In this document: piece by piece, positions 1-12,685 of the stretch
Position numbering within the stretch: the stretch's first letter is position 1
How the letters are laid out: the number at the start of each line of letters is the position of its first letter
Source of the DNA: Geosiphon pyriformis uo1
Taxonomy: Eukaryota; Fungi; Glomeromycota
DNA length: 64,000 nt
Assembly: GCA_016748015.1 (NCBI GenBank)
Contig: JAAOMT010000760.1
Coordinates: 167,609-231,608 of the forward strand
Reading direction: 5' to 3'
Notes under the pieces: model-generated
The model's database searches: none
Told to the model about the DNA's origin: nothing
Seen by the model: only the letters and a program-made list of their open reading frames with translations
Program-made: the position numbers and the translations under genes

Positions 1-3000
1 CAAGAGCCAAAGCAATGGCCTGCAATTCAGACATAGTAGAAGAAACCAAACCAGATACCCCCACACCTAAACCAGAATTAATGTCTTCAAAAAAGACCAC
101 AGCCCCAGCTTTCATGACAACAATTCCCAAACCACTCAGAGACCCATCCGTGTACACAGAAAAGTGGGCAGTGTTAGTAGCCAACAGATTGTCACAGATA
201 ACACTAAAATCATAAGATTGATGAACATCAGACAAAATGGAATTTTTCACAAGAGAGGAGCATGCAAAAAAAGAAGCAACACCACCAAGAAAACACACAG
301 AAAGATCAAACCAGAAAGGAATCAGGCCATGGGGATCCAACCTCTTCCAATGCTTGAATGTCTGCCAACTAAAAACAACACCATTTCAATTACGTAATTG
401 TTCCACAAAAGCGATACCATATCACTTGAGTGAAGAAACACATTTTAGAAAATTGATTTTACCAAGAACAAGAGACATAGGAATACCACTTTAATGATGG
501 AAAACACAGACCAGAGACCCACCCAGAGACAGATCACATCTGGAGAAAATACAAACCACATCTGCTAAGAAATTATTTGAAGAACTGATACTAACACGAG
601 CCAGAAACAGCAAGAGGTGATGAGGATGCCAGCTGAGAACCTGGAGATCGTGAGATCTGTAAGAAAATAAGTGGCCCAAAATACCAACTGAATTTGCAAA
701 AGCAATGATGGAGACCAATTTGCTTTCTGCCTGAATTTGTTCAAAAGTCTTCAAACCATACAAAGAAGGATGATGAAGTGCATCATTGGAAAAATCAAGC
801 AGCAGCTCAGACTTAGACTTCAAGCTTTTGTGAATCAGAGCATCCCATTTATTACATACACTAATAGGAACAAAACTGAACTGAGTCCTGTAGCTGACAA
901 TAAGAAACAGAACAGCAAAAACCAAATAACTGAATTGTTTATCCGAGATGGTCTTTTTCAGAACAAGATTGACAAAAAATTGGATGTCCGAGTGAGTCTT
1001 GGCCAAGCTGGACACCGAAAGACTATTAAAAGACAAAAGAATACCAAGATAATAATAAGGTTTACCCTTTTTGGCTATAGAAATAGATAAGCCACTGACA
1101 GTTAGGTAAGAGGTCTCAACCCGGCAGTTGATGGGAATAGCCACAGTTTTGTTATTGTTAATCGAAATGTCATTAATCCTGAAGAACTCACTAGCAATGT
1201 CCAAAATGTGTTGTGTAGTAGCCTGGCTGCTACCAACCCAGATGGTATCATCAACAAAAACACCAGCAGCAAAAAACAATGTCAACTCAGCCTAAGATTC
1301 CACACAGCCAGTATTGGAAATGAAATGTGAATTCAATCTGTAATCACACATCTCTCCTTGCCTCTTGACCTCACACATAAGCAAATCATAAAATATGCAC
1401 CAGAAAAGTGGTGAGAAAACTTCACCCTAATCCAAACCATCATAAACCACATACCTACTAGTTAAGCCAAAATCTGTTATTATTCTGTTCCTGCAATTAT
1501 TGTGGATGCTACCAAAAAATTTAATGAATCTGGTACACATTTTAATCCTGATCAAACTTCTCTTGAGATGTTCCCAACCAACTGAATCATATGCTTTGTG
1601 TATGTTCTATAAAACCAGCTACAGCTCTCTGTTTTTTTCTAAAGCATTCTTGACCACAGAACCAATGGCAAAAATGGGCGACTGCATTGTCGTACCCTTT
1701 AAAACAGAAAAATTGTCCTCTTGTAAAATGTTAAACTCACTGTAAGCTGAAGATATTCTGTCCAATAAGATTTTGGAAAGAATCTTGCAGGCTGTTTTAA
1801 TCAAAGTGATAGGACAGGTGTTCATGAGAACACCCTTCTATTCATAGAGTTTAGGAATCATCGAAACCCAGGCTTCTCTCCAAGGTCCAAACACCGACTC
1901 ACAAACCAGGCAGAGATTCAAAAGCACCAAAAGCATATCCAGAACCACTCTGTTGCAATGCTTCTATAATTCATTAGAGATGCCAGAAAGACCAGCTGCT
2001 TTTTTATCAGGCAAGCTTGAAATGACACTGAACATCTTATCAAAACTAATTGATTTCATGACACCAGAGAAAACACCATCAAAAATGTAATCCAAAAGCC
2101 AAAATTGGCATTTCCAATTATCAGAAAAGTCCGAACCCACCAATCATCTCCTAGTCCATCCCTCTATAATTCCGTTCACTTTAGATTTAACCAGCTCAAG
2201 TTCCAAAACCAACTCACCATTTACTACCAAATGATCCAATACTACCTTGTGAAATGAATGCTCCAAAACACTTCTGATAGTACAACTCTTATCCAACTCA
2301 AAACTCTCTATTCTATTCTCAATGGCCTGTCTTATATGAGATTCCTCAGCACACTTAGATTCCAGCATCTTAGAAGAGTGGTAAGACTTCCTTACCTTAG
2401 CCAGTTCAGAGCAAATACCATCAAAACCAGATCCTGAAAGGAAAAAAGACTTCACTAATGAAGTACCAACAGAGTCAAGTCTGTTCTACATATCCAACAA
2501 CAGAGCAAAATTACCCCCAAAAATCAAACAGGAGGCCTTTACCAGCTTAAAAACCAGCAACTCCAGCTTATGAAACCTAGAAGACACCTTATTGAAAACA
2601 TTGTTAAAATCTTTGAACCACTTTTTCATGAAAGTTCCACCTGCTGAAAGAATCATAATTTTGCGAATAATATTCCACATCACATCCAAATCTGAAAATT
2701 TCTCAGCCACAACAAATGCATCTGAGAACATAAAGGCATTGGCAGCCATATCATCCCTGAACTCAGCCCACTTCAACTCATTTGCATCCTTGACATCAAA
2801 CTTCCAGTAATCTTTGTTGGCCTGCTTATGTATCAAAGAAAGTCTTGTGTTCAACAAACCACCCAGACCCACAGAAATAGAAACAGCCTTATGATCAGTG
2901 TCAAAAAAATTATCAACATTTAACACGCCACAATCCATGATTGCATTAATCAAGTTAGAAGAAATAAACACATAATTAATTGTCTTAGCAACACCATGAG

Positions 3001-3562
3001 AATTGTACCAAGTTGGTAACTTAGCAAGAGAGCTCCCACCCAAAGAGTTGACCAAACCCAAATCAAAGCACTTCTTGAAACTGGTGCACTTGTAAGATCC
3101 GTCTTCATTAAAGTTACCACCAAGAATAACAAAGGAAGATTCATTTACAGCTCTAGCAATGAGAGAATTAATTTCATTAGCCTAAAAAAAACAAACTGTC
3201 AAAGAGGCACCAGCATACAGCCCCAAAATGGAAACAGAGAGTCTGTTCCTGAAAAGCAATTTTACTAACAGAAGCTAACCAGGCACCTCTAGAATCTTGC
3301 ACACATGTTTCGCCAGAGATGAGTCCATAATAATTGCAACACTAGATCCCATGTGACCAAAATCCAGATCTGAAGTAAAAACACGAACACCAGCAAACCT
3401 ATCCACAATCCAGGAGCAGATCTTTCCCTTCAATTTTGTTTCAGTAACAACAGAAATCAGATTGTTCATATTATTATGCCAACATACAATGTCTGCCTGT
3501 TTCACACAATTGTTCATTCTTCTAATATTGCATGTAGCAATCTTTCAAGTAAACTCACTCAT
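1..3562 (-). pseudogene. LINE-A ORF2 (APE endonuclease-RT-RNase H), many stops and frameshifts
   Basis: ATG at 3562 overlaps the ORF1 stop. ORF fragments 3275-3517, 2486-3061, 2144-2455, 1619-1825 and 491-1285 are collinear with ORF2 of the other copies. Confidence 0.9.
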
Positions 3563-5481
3563 TGAGAAGGAGATTGTGGAAGTATATCAGCAGCCAGAGC
3601 CAAACTGTCAAAACGAGCAGACAAATTCAGCACTGAAGCAGCAAGACCTTCTAACATATTTTTCAACTTGACAACATGGAGGGACATAGAAGAGTCCTTC
3701 GCAGTATAAGTAGCAGTAGCAGTAGCAGTAGTAGTCTCATTACAAGCAGACTCACCCGAACCCACTCCCATCACTATATCCTCCCCTTAATTCTGTGATA
3801 AGAGGGTCACTGGCAGCTGACATCTAGGGCTAGGCTGGGAAACTGCTGGCATAAGTAACTCCAATCTCTTAGCCAACTCACCAATTTGTCCCATAAGGCT
3901 GACAAGACTGCTTTTAATGCTGACCAACTGTTTTTCCAAATTATTCACAACAAGAAAAAGAGGTTTACCATTATCAATGGAACCAGAAGAAAGAACCTGT
4001 CAATGAGAAGAAACATCAAGAGGAGTACCAACTACTGACACCCAAGTTCTTCCACCAAACGAAGCCAAGTGAGAGACAGGAGCTGATTTCCTCTTATAAA
4101 TTACAGCCAAACAAACACAATTCTGATCAGAAACCACTCATCTCCTATGAACTCCAGAACTCCCATCCACAGAGCAATTGGCAGTGATATGACCAAATTG
4201 TATATACTGTGTACAATATGCCAAGCAAAAACCAGCCCAGCACAAATTCACACTCTTGAAAACTGGAATCAAACCAACAGCAGCCAACTTGGATGCCTCA
4301 TTCTCAAAACAGATTACAGCACATTGATTATAAACATATGAGAAAGGATTATGGCCAATAAAACAAGTCTTCCCACCATATGATTCAAGTAAACCAGAGA
4401 GATCATAAGCTGTAGTGTCAACAGGTAAAGTATACAACAATGCCCAATATTAATCCCTCAATACCCATGTTTGTTTATCCTCCACAGCCAAAGCCACATG
4501 CACAGAATCTTTTCCCACCAGAACAGACTACTTGGAAGCAACCTGGTTGGCAATTTCAGCTGACTCAAACTTTACTAGGGCCTTTTGCCAAAAACCAATT
4601 AACTACATCCTAACTGATTTGATTGCACCAAACTTGGAAAACACTGCCACAATTGCCGATTTGAAAAAATCTACTGAAATCTCCTTGATGATCACTTCTT
4701 GATCTGATTGGTTGTTTATCTTTCTAAAATTATCATTCACCACAATATTTTCACAAATCACCAAATTTCTAGCCTTTTTTAGACTTGATTCAGATGTAAA
4801 AAAAGATCTGATGATCCCAAGAAATTTTGAGGGAGTAGAAGCTCCCCCAAAACCATCAATTTGATAGAAGATTTTTTTTATTGAAATTAACTTGTCACTA
4901 ATTAATTTGCCAGGCACCACAGAAAGCTCAATATCAAGTGTGAAAAACTTTGTTGAATCAAAACTTTGCGTTTCCAGAGCACATGACATGAGTGGCAGCA
5001 ATTGATTGAAACCACTAAGCATGTGAAAAGGGAGCTCCAGTGCACTATTATTGTCACTCACATTGTTGAAAAGGAGTTGCTTCATTGGGTTGCCTAAAGC
5101 ATACGTTCTGGTGTATGTTTTTCTTGGCATAGCTTCATTCATGTCATCGTCCTCACCAGATTCTGCGTAGCTTGTTTCTTCAGTAACCAAGTTTGTCATA
5201 TTTTCTATATTCAAAAGACTGCTCACACTGCTCGCTATATTACCGACATCACTACCCCAGAACACTGCAGGTTTGGCATCAGCTTTACCCAAATCTTCCA
5301 AGCTGAGAGGACCAGCAAATGTATTGATCACACCGCTAATAGCAGCAGGCTTCTTAGGTTTTTTGTAAGATGCACCATATGAGTGAGCACTCGCCAAACG
5401 TTTAGATTTAACACTAGAATGAGTTCCCAAACCTGCCAAAACAGAACCTGAACCACCAGCAGAAAAGCCTGTCAGTTCTAT
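3559..5481 (-). pseudogene. LINE-A ORF1 (RRM-like x2, degenerate zinc knuckle, coiled coil)
   Basis: Fragments 4603-5439, 4138-4440 (CTQYIQFGHITANC) and 3559-3774. Probable start ATG->ATA at 5481 is in frame with 4603-5439. Confidence 0.85.
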
Positions 5482-5768
5482 ATTAACAAAAAGAGGTGTA
5501 CTGAGAGAAATAACTTTAAGACAAAAGGGGAAAAAGGAAAAAAGAAAAAGCTATTTTATCAATTTACTTCTTGCTCTTGCTATGATCAGAGGATTAACAA
5601 CAGAAAAAGTTTTTTTTTTTTTTTTTTATAGTAAAATTTTTTTTTTTTTAATTTAACGAATGAGATCTACACACAACCTAGCACTATACATCAAAGAAAT
5701 GATCTAAACTAGGTGTGAATCATGCATTTTCTACATGTAACCAGCCACTCAGGCTAGTCAGAACAATA

Positions 5769-8700
5769 CTACACAGCTATATAGATAGAAACTGAATTAC
5801 CAATGCTGAAGAAAAACATGCAAAACTTGCAAAAACCAAAATGCATACCAAAAGCTTCATCGATACCAAGCAAATCAATTACACCAGCAAAAAAACGCAA
5901 AGTCAAACCAGAGACCAAAGTAGGAGACAAGCCATCTAAAGGAATCAGTTCATGCTTTTCCATATAGGCACAATGTTTGGCATGAACCAACCATATCTCA
6001 TCTCTAAAAGCGAGGCCAAAAGAACGTGCAAAATTAACGATTTTCAAACATGCCACCTTGGGACAATGGAAGACGGAGACAGCTTCACAAAACCAATTAT
6101 CAAAAACAAAACTCTTATGAAGAGCCATGGACACTGAGGAACCTAAAACACAAGATGACAACAACTACAACAAACATAAAGAAGAGACAGAAGAACCAGA
6201 AAGCGTTTTCCAAGTGTCCATGTGAGAATCTAACAACCGATGCCAAGCAGAATCATTGACTTTACAAGAAAAAACATGATCCGACACCTCCACATCACCA
6301 CAATATAGACACAACACACTGGGATAAAGTCTATTATAAAGCCGTTTTTGAACAGCCACAGGCAACCGATGATGCAAAGCTTTCATAAAATAAGAGTGTG
6401 CATTAGCCGAAATCCTGCTAGTGAAACTGGTGGTCATATGCAAATTAGGATGCCACACCAAAGAAGAGTGAGACCAATCAACATCAGCCTGCAAGTTGTC
6501 AGGCAAAAACTTAGAACCAGACCCCACTTCCCAACATGCACAACACATGGCATGAAAAGTGTCATGGACAAAGTGCCTTGAATTGCCAGAGACAATGTTG
6601 CCATCAGCCATCAAAAAGTGTTCGTCCAGGCAAAAAGGAAGAAACCAGTCAAAAACAGAATCAGTACTGGCAATCACATCAATATGCTTGTTTCCCAAAA
6701 CCCCAGAATGACTTTTGACTTTGTGCCAAGCAACATTTAGAATCTTACTGGAAATGACATTGGCAATGTGTTGATGCTCAATCTAACATCAATTCCAGAA
6801 ATCAGGAGCCATCATACCCAATTCTGATTTGTAAGCATCCAAAGCAGACTGACTATCCAAAAACAAATAGACATTACTAAAAACAGGAACACACTCGAGA
6901 GCCAATGCAATTGCCTGTAACTCAGCCATGGTAGATGACATCAAGCCAGACACACCAACACCCAAACCCATACCAATGTTCTTGAAAAAAGCCACAGCAC
7001 CTGCTTTACAGCCAACTGTACCCAAATTTCTCAATGACCTATTAGTATAGACAGACAACACTCTTGCATTGACCCGCGAAAGATGATCACAGATAGACAC
7101 AAAACCAGAAAAACCCAGAATGTCCAAAAGACCCATATTAGCAAGAACTGGGATGCAAGCAGGAGAGAAGTTCTTACCAGCAAGAAACACAGCAGAAAGC
7201 CTGAACCACTTAGGAATAAGGCCACGGGAGTCCAGTTTCTTTTATTACTTAAATGTGGACCAATCAAAGACTGTACCATAACGATCACAAATTTGGTTTA
7301 CAAAGGCCACACCATACCACTAAAGTGAGGAGAGACATTTGGAGAAAACTGATTTACCCAAAACAGTTGACATGGACATCCCACTATTGACACAAAAGGA
7401 ATTGGCAAAGGATCCACCCAGAGACAATTTGCAATTATAAAGCACATGAATCATACCTACCAAAAAATTATTAGAGGCACTAACACAAATGCGAACAGGA
7501 GAACTCAACAGATGAATAGGGCGCCAACACAAAACCTACAGATCATGAGACTTATGAAAGAACAAACATCCCACAATCCTACCAGAGTTGGCAAAATTAA
7601 TAAGAGAAGCAATCTTGTTTTCAGATTGAATCTGCAGAAAAGATTTCAAACCATAAAAGGAGGAGTGGTGAATTGAATTACTAGAAAAGTTGAGTGGAAG
7701 TCCAGATTTGAGCTTCAGGCCCTTACGAATCATAGCATCCTACTTGTTGCAAATGCCAATAAGAACAAAGCTAAATTGTGTCCTGTAGCTAATAATAGGC
7801 TGGAAAACCACTGAAACCAAATATAAGAACTGCTTATCTGAGATAGCCTTTTTTAGAACCAAATTTGTAAAGAAACAAATGTCCGAATGCACTTTAACTA
7901 AATTAGGTCTGGAAAGACCCTCAGTTGACAGAAATATGCCCAGATACTAATAGGATTCACCTTTTTTGGCAACAGAGATAGGTGAACCACTAATAAAAAG
8001 AGCGGAATTTCCAACTCTACAATTGATGGGAATAGCTACAGTCTTGTTATTGTTTATTGAAATGTTATTAATCCGGAAAAACTCACTAGCAACATCCAAA
8101 ATGTGTTGAGTAGTGTTCTGACTACTGCCAACCCAAATTGTATTATCAATAAAGGCGCCAGCAGCAAAACAGGAAGAAAGCCCAGCCTGCGACTCGACAT
8201 GACCACTCTTGGAAACGAAATGAGAAATTAGCCTGTACTCACACATACTCTCCTAACACTTGACTTCACACAAAAGGGGATCATAAAAAATGCACCACAG
8301 AAGAGGGAAAAAGACCTTTCCTTGATCTAAACCATCATGAATCCGATAACCATCTGTCAAACCAAAATCTGTCATGACTCGATTAGTGCAATCTTTGTGA
8401 ATGCTGCCAAAAAACCGAATGAACCTGTTGCACATTTTAATTCTGACCAGACACTTTTCCAAATGCTCCCAGCCAACCGAATCATATGCTTTCCTTATAT
8501 CCTACAAGACCAGCCAAAGTTCTTAGTTCTTTTTCAGAGCATCCTCAACAACTGAACCAACTGCAAAAATAGGGAACTGTGTCGTCATATCTTTCAAAAC
8601 CAAAAAATTGTCATCACGAAGGACATTATGAGTGCTGCATGCTGAAAAAATCTTGTCTGAGAGTATTTTGGAGAGAATTTTACAAGCCATCTCAATCAGT

Positions 8701-10452
8701 GCAATAGAATGAGTATTTGTAAGAACACTCTCCCATTCATATGGTTTGGGAATTATTGAAACCCAAGCTTCCCTCTAGGGGCCAAGGACAGATTCTTCAG
8801 ATAAGCAAGAGTTCAAAAGCACCAAGAGCATATTAAAGACCGAAATATTGCAATGTTTCCAAAGCTTATTTGAGATACCTGAAAGGCCAGCAGCTTTGCC
8901 ATCTGGCAGGTTGGAGACAACCCCAAACAGTTCGTCAAAGTCAATCAAACTCATTACACCAGAAAAAGCTTCATTGAAAACATAACTTAGAGAATGATAC
9001 TGGTGACTCATCATTAACGTCAAGCACCACCTTTCGCTTTCTAGTCCAACCTTCCATAATCTCATCCACCTTGGACTTTACTGGAGCAGGATCTAACACC
9101 AGCTCATCTCCTACCACCAAATAGTCTAAAACCATCTTGCAGAAGGGTCATTCCAAAACACTACATACAATATGACTTTTGTTCAACTCAAAACTCTTCA
9201 TTCTTTTGTCAATCACCAACTTAATCTGGGATTCTTTGGCACAATTTGATTCTGACAACTTAAATGAATGGTAGGATTTCCTGATCTTGGCCAAAGCTGA
9301 ATGAATGGTATCAAAATGGGAACCTGAAAGAAAAAGAGAATCTACAACAGAAGCGTTAGCAGAATCAATTCCTTTCCATGTATCAAGTAGAGAAACAAAC
9401 TCCTCATGAGAAACCAGATAAGAGGCTTTGACAATTTTCGACACCAAAAGTTCTAATTTGTGAAATCTGGATAATACTTTATTATAGACACTATCAAAAT
9501 CTTTAAACTACTTTTTTTTGAAAACATTCTCAGCCGACAAACACACCACTTGGTGAAGGTGACCCCACATTGTGTTCAGGTCCAGACTCATCTTGGCAGC
9601 ATAAAATTTATCATGGAACATGGCAGCATTCGCTGATGTATCTTCTTTAAACTTGATCTATTCAGTATCACCAGCATTCACAAAATTGTACTTCTAATGA
9701 TCCTTATTTACTTGTTTGCGCAATGTGTTCAACTGCACATCCAGCAAACCACCAAGACCCACAGAAACAGAAACAGCTTTATGATCAGTATCAAAATACT
9801 CTTCAACACCAGACACATCATGATCCAGAATTGTATTAACTAGACTCGACAACACAAACACATAATCAATAATTTTAGCCACTCCATAAGAATTGGCCCA
9901 TGTAGCTTCCTTTCCAAACAAGCTTCCATTCAAGGAGTTGACCAAACCCAAATCAAAACATTTTCTGAAGCTGACACTTTTATGAGAACCATCTTCATTG
10001 AAATCTCCACCCAAGATGATGAAAGAAGACTCATTTACTGCCCTCGCAACCAAAGAATTGACATCATTCACCTAAGAGAACCATACTGCTAAAGATGATC
10101 CAGCATACAGCCCCAAAACTAACACAGACAGTTTATTTTTGAAAAGAAGCTTGATAGAAAGAAACCGGCCAGGAATGTCCGAAACCTTACACACATGCTG
10201 AGCTAAGAAATTGTTCATAATGATTGTGATCCCAGAACCCATGTGACCAGAATTCAAACCAGAAGTAAAAACCCGAACACCAACAAACTTGTTCATGATC
10301 CAAGGGCGAATCCTATCTTTCAACTTAGTCTCAGTAATAATTGAAATCATATTGTTTATTTCTTTATGCCAATGAATAATATCCTCCTGTTTTGCAAGAT
10401 TGTTTATTCTCCTAACATTGCACATAGCAATTTTCCAAATATAACTGGTCAT
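5769..10452 (-). pseudogene. LINE-B ORF2 (APE-RT-RNase H-CCHC)
   Basis: MTSYIWKIAMCNVR, GGDFN, IIDY, TDH; AFIDN (decayed FVDD); AELQAIALAL/DSQSAL; CLYCGDVEVSDHVFSC. Confidence 0.92.
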
Positions 10453-12348
10453 TGAGACGAGGAGAGGACCTGAGGACCCGAACCAGCACACATCTGCTCT
10501 AACTTCGCCAAAATCGAGCCAATGGAGGCATTGAGGGCAACCAACTTTAACTCTAAAATGCCAATTTTAGAAGTTAGCACCTTGGAACTACTCAGACCCA
10601 ATTGAGAATTGTCATTGCTAGAAGAGAGAGAAATGGACTGAATTAAAGGAACATCTAACACCATGTTGGAACCCAAGTCAGAGTCATCAACTATAAGAGA
10701 ATCAGAAATGGATGGGTGAGGAGTATTCACAGAAGGAATTACACTAGAAGGAGGAGTTAAAGGCACCAAACTGAGATTGTTAAGACGAAGAAGAATGTTC
10801 GAAATTTAATTAGATAAAAGCTCTACAGAGTACTTAAGGGGGAATCAACCATAGAAAGAGGGGGAAGAGTACCACCTGAACTTGAAGCACCAAAGAACAG
10901 AGAACCAGAACCAGAGCCATCACGAAAACCATAAGAGACTGAAGCAACTGAGACCACTTGGGCTCAGGATTTGCCTCCAAAAGCAATAGGACAAGAGATC
11001 GGAACTTTCTTTTTAGCATATAATTTGGCCAGTTGGAGATAAGTATTTAAGTTAGCAGGCCTTTTAAATGACTTGGGTGACTGAGAAGCTGATGCAACCT
11101 CAGCATCACATTCCAAAGCAGAATAACCAAATTTCTCACACCATTCACAGCGAACTAAATCCAACCTAGCCCATAAGAGTTTCATACTACCAAAGATTGG
11201 CTCCATGCAAAAAGCTGACTCCATAGCTTCATTAGATTCAAAACAGACTACAGCACAGTGAGTTCTATTGCCAGTCTTTAATGAATGATTGATAACACAA
11301 GTTTTCTCACCAGTCCCTTCCAAAAGAGTTCCAAAATCATGAGCTGTTGTTCCTACTGGCAATGTGAACAGAAGTGCCCTGAATTGATCCCTAAAAGCCC
11401 ATGTCTCATGATCTCCCATGACTTTTGCCACATGCACAGAATCTTTTCCAATTAAGAAGAACCATTTTGAAGCCAATTGCTCTGCCTGTTCTGGTTCGGC
11501 AAATTCCACTACAGCTTTTTGCCACATGCTGATCAGCTGAATTTTGATTGATTTAATTTCCCCAAATTCAGACACTGCGGTGATGATCATATCTTTTGGC
11601 GTGTCCATGGGAATTTTTTTGATCATCACAGCCCGATCTGACCTAATTTCTTGTTTCTTAAGATTGCTGTTTACTGTGATGTCATTTTTCTTGGCCAATA
11701 AAACAGTCTTTTCCATGCTTGCTTCAAAGGTGAAGGTAGATCTGATGATCCCTTCAAATTTTGAAAGAGTAGTGGCCCCCCAAAACCATTGATTCTTGAA
11801 AATAATTTTCTTATGGTGTGAGTTTTGGCCATTGCCAATTTCTCTTCTATAGCCAAAAGATTGATGTCCAAAGCAAAAGATTTTTTTACAGCCACTTCCA
11901 CCTGAGTTTTAATGATTTTGGGATCAATCAACACCTTATCCAAAGAAAAAAACTTATGGAGGGGAAGAGAAACCTCCTCTTCCTCCTCCATGTTGAAATT
12001 AATAGAGCCAAGAAGGGAGCCAACAATCGCACTATTATTGAAATGCTTGGCTTGAGGTGTATTCATCTTGGAATCAGATACTTTTTCACCTTCAGAAGCC
12101 TCTCCATCAGTATCCATGTTATTAAACTGCCTGACCACTTGACCAGATCCACTACCTTTGAGAGCCATATCACTACTTGATAGCTTAGCACCACCAGGAG
12201 GTTTCTTGACCTTATGACTTGAATCACTACTAACTGAACCAGAAGTTAGAACTCTGGTCGACCTTTTTTTAGCACTAATACCACTCATAGGAGCAGTCAA
12301 GTCAACAACAAAAGGATTTGTTTCTTGTAAAATGATGGAAGACAGTAT
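10449..12348 (-). pseudogene. LINE-B ORF1
   Basis: Frameshifted fragments 11671-12300, 10964-11716 (RRM-like VMIKKIP..SEFGEIKSIKI..AVVEF; CEWCEKFGYSALEC) and 10449-10769 (coiled coil). Start inferred at ATA 12348. Confidence 0.87.
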
Positions 12349-12685
12349 GAAATAGCAGAAAAAACTTCTTTCAAAATATGCTTTTTGAGGATTTTAGGAG
12401 GTAAGAGAGAAAAAAGTTTTAATTTATATAGTAAAATCTAAATAATTTTAATTTTAAACTTAATTAATAGTTATTTATAAATTAAAATAAATTGAAAAAA
12501 ACAGTATTTACTATGTAAAAAAATTATTGTGTTTTTTGTATTTTTATTTTTTTATTTTTTTATTTTATTTTAACGAGTAAAGTCCAAATGCAACCTAGTG
12601 CTATACATTATACAAATGATCTAAACTAGGTGCGAATCATGCGCTTTCTACACATGACCAGCCACTTGGGCCAGTCAGAACTACA

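Larger units (their letters stand above)
1..5610 (-). mobile_element. LINE-A, non-LTR retrotransposon; 5' end intact, 3' part runs off the window
   Basis: Minus-strand ORF fragments give ORF1, then APE endonuclease (TCNIR, ETKL, TDH), RT (GVFVDD) and the start of RNase H (VYTDGS at ~140-155). 5' terminus is ACTTTTTCTG at 5610. Confidence 0.93.
5638..12417 (-). mobile_element. LINE-B, full-length ~6.8-kb non-LTR retrotransposon
   Basis: ORF1 and ORF2 remnants, conserved 3' tail 5655-5768, poly(A). TSD core TATAGTAAAAT at 5627-5637 and 12427-12437. Confidence 0.95.

Noticed and set aside
5655-5768. Hammerhead or HDV-like ribozyme in the 3' tail
   Set aside because: CTGA and GAAA occur, but the CUGANGA core and required topology are absent; no nested double pseudoknot is visible.
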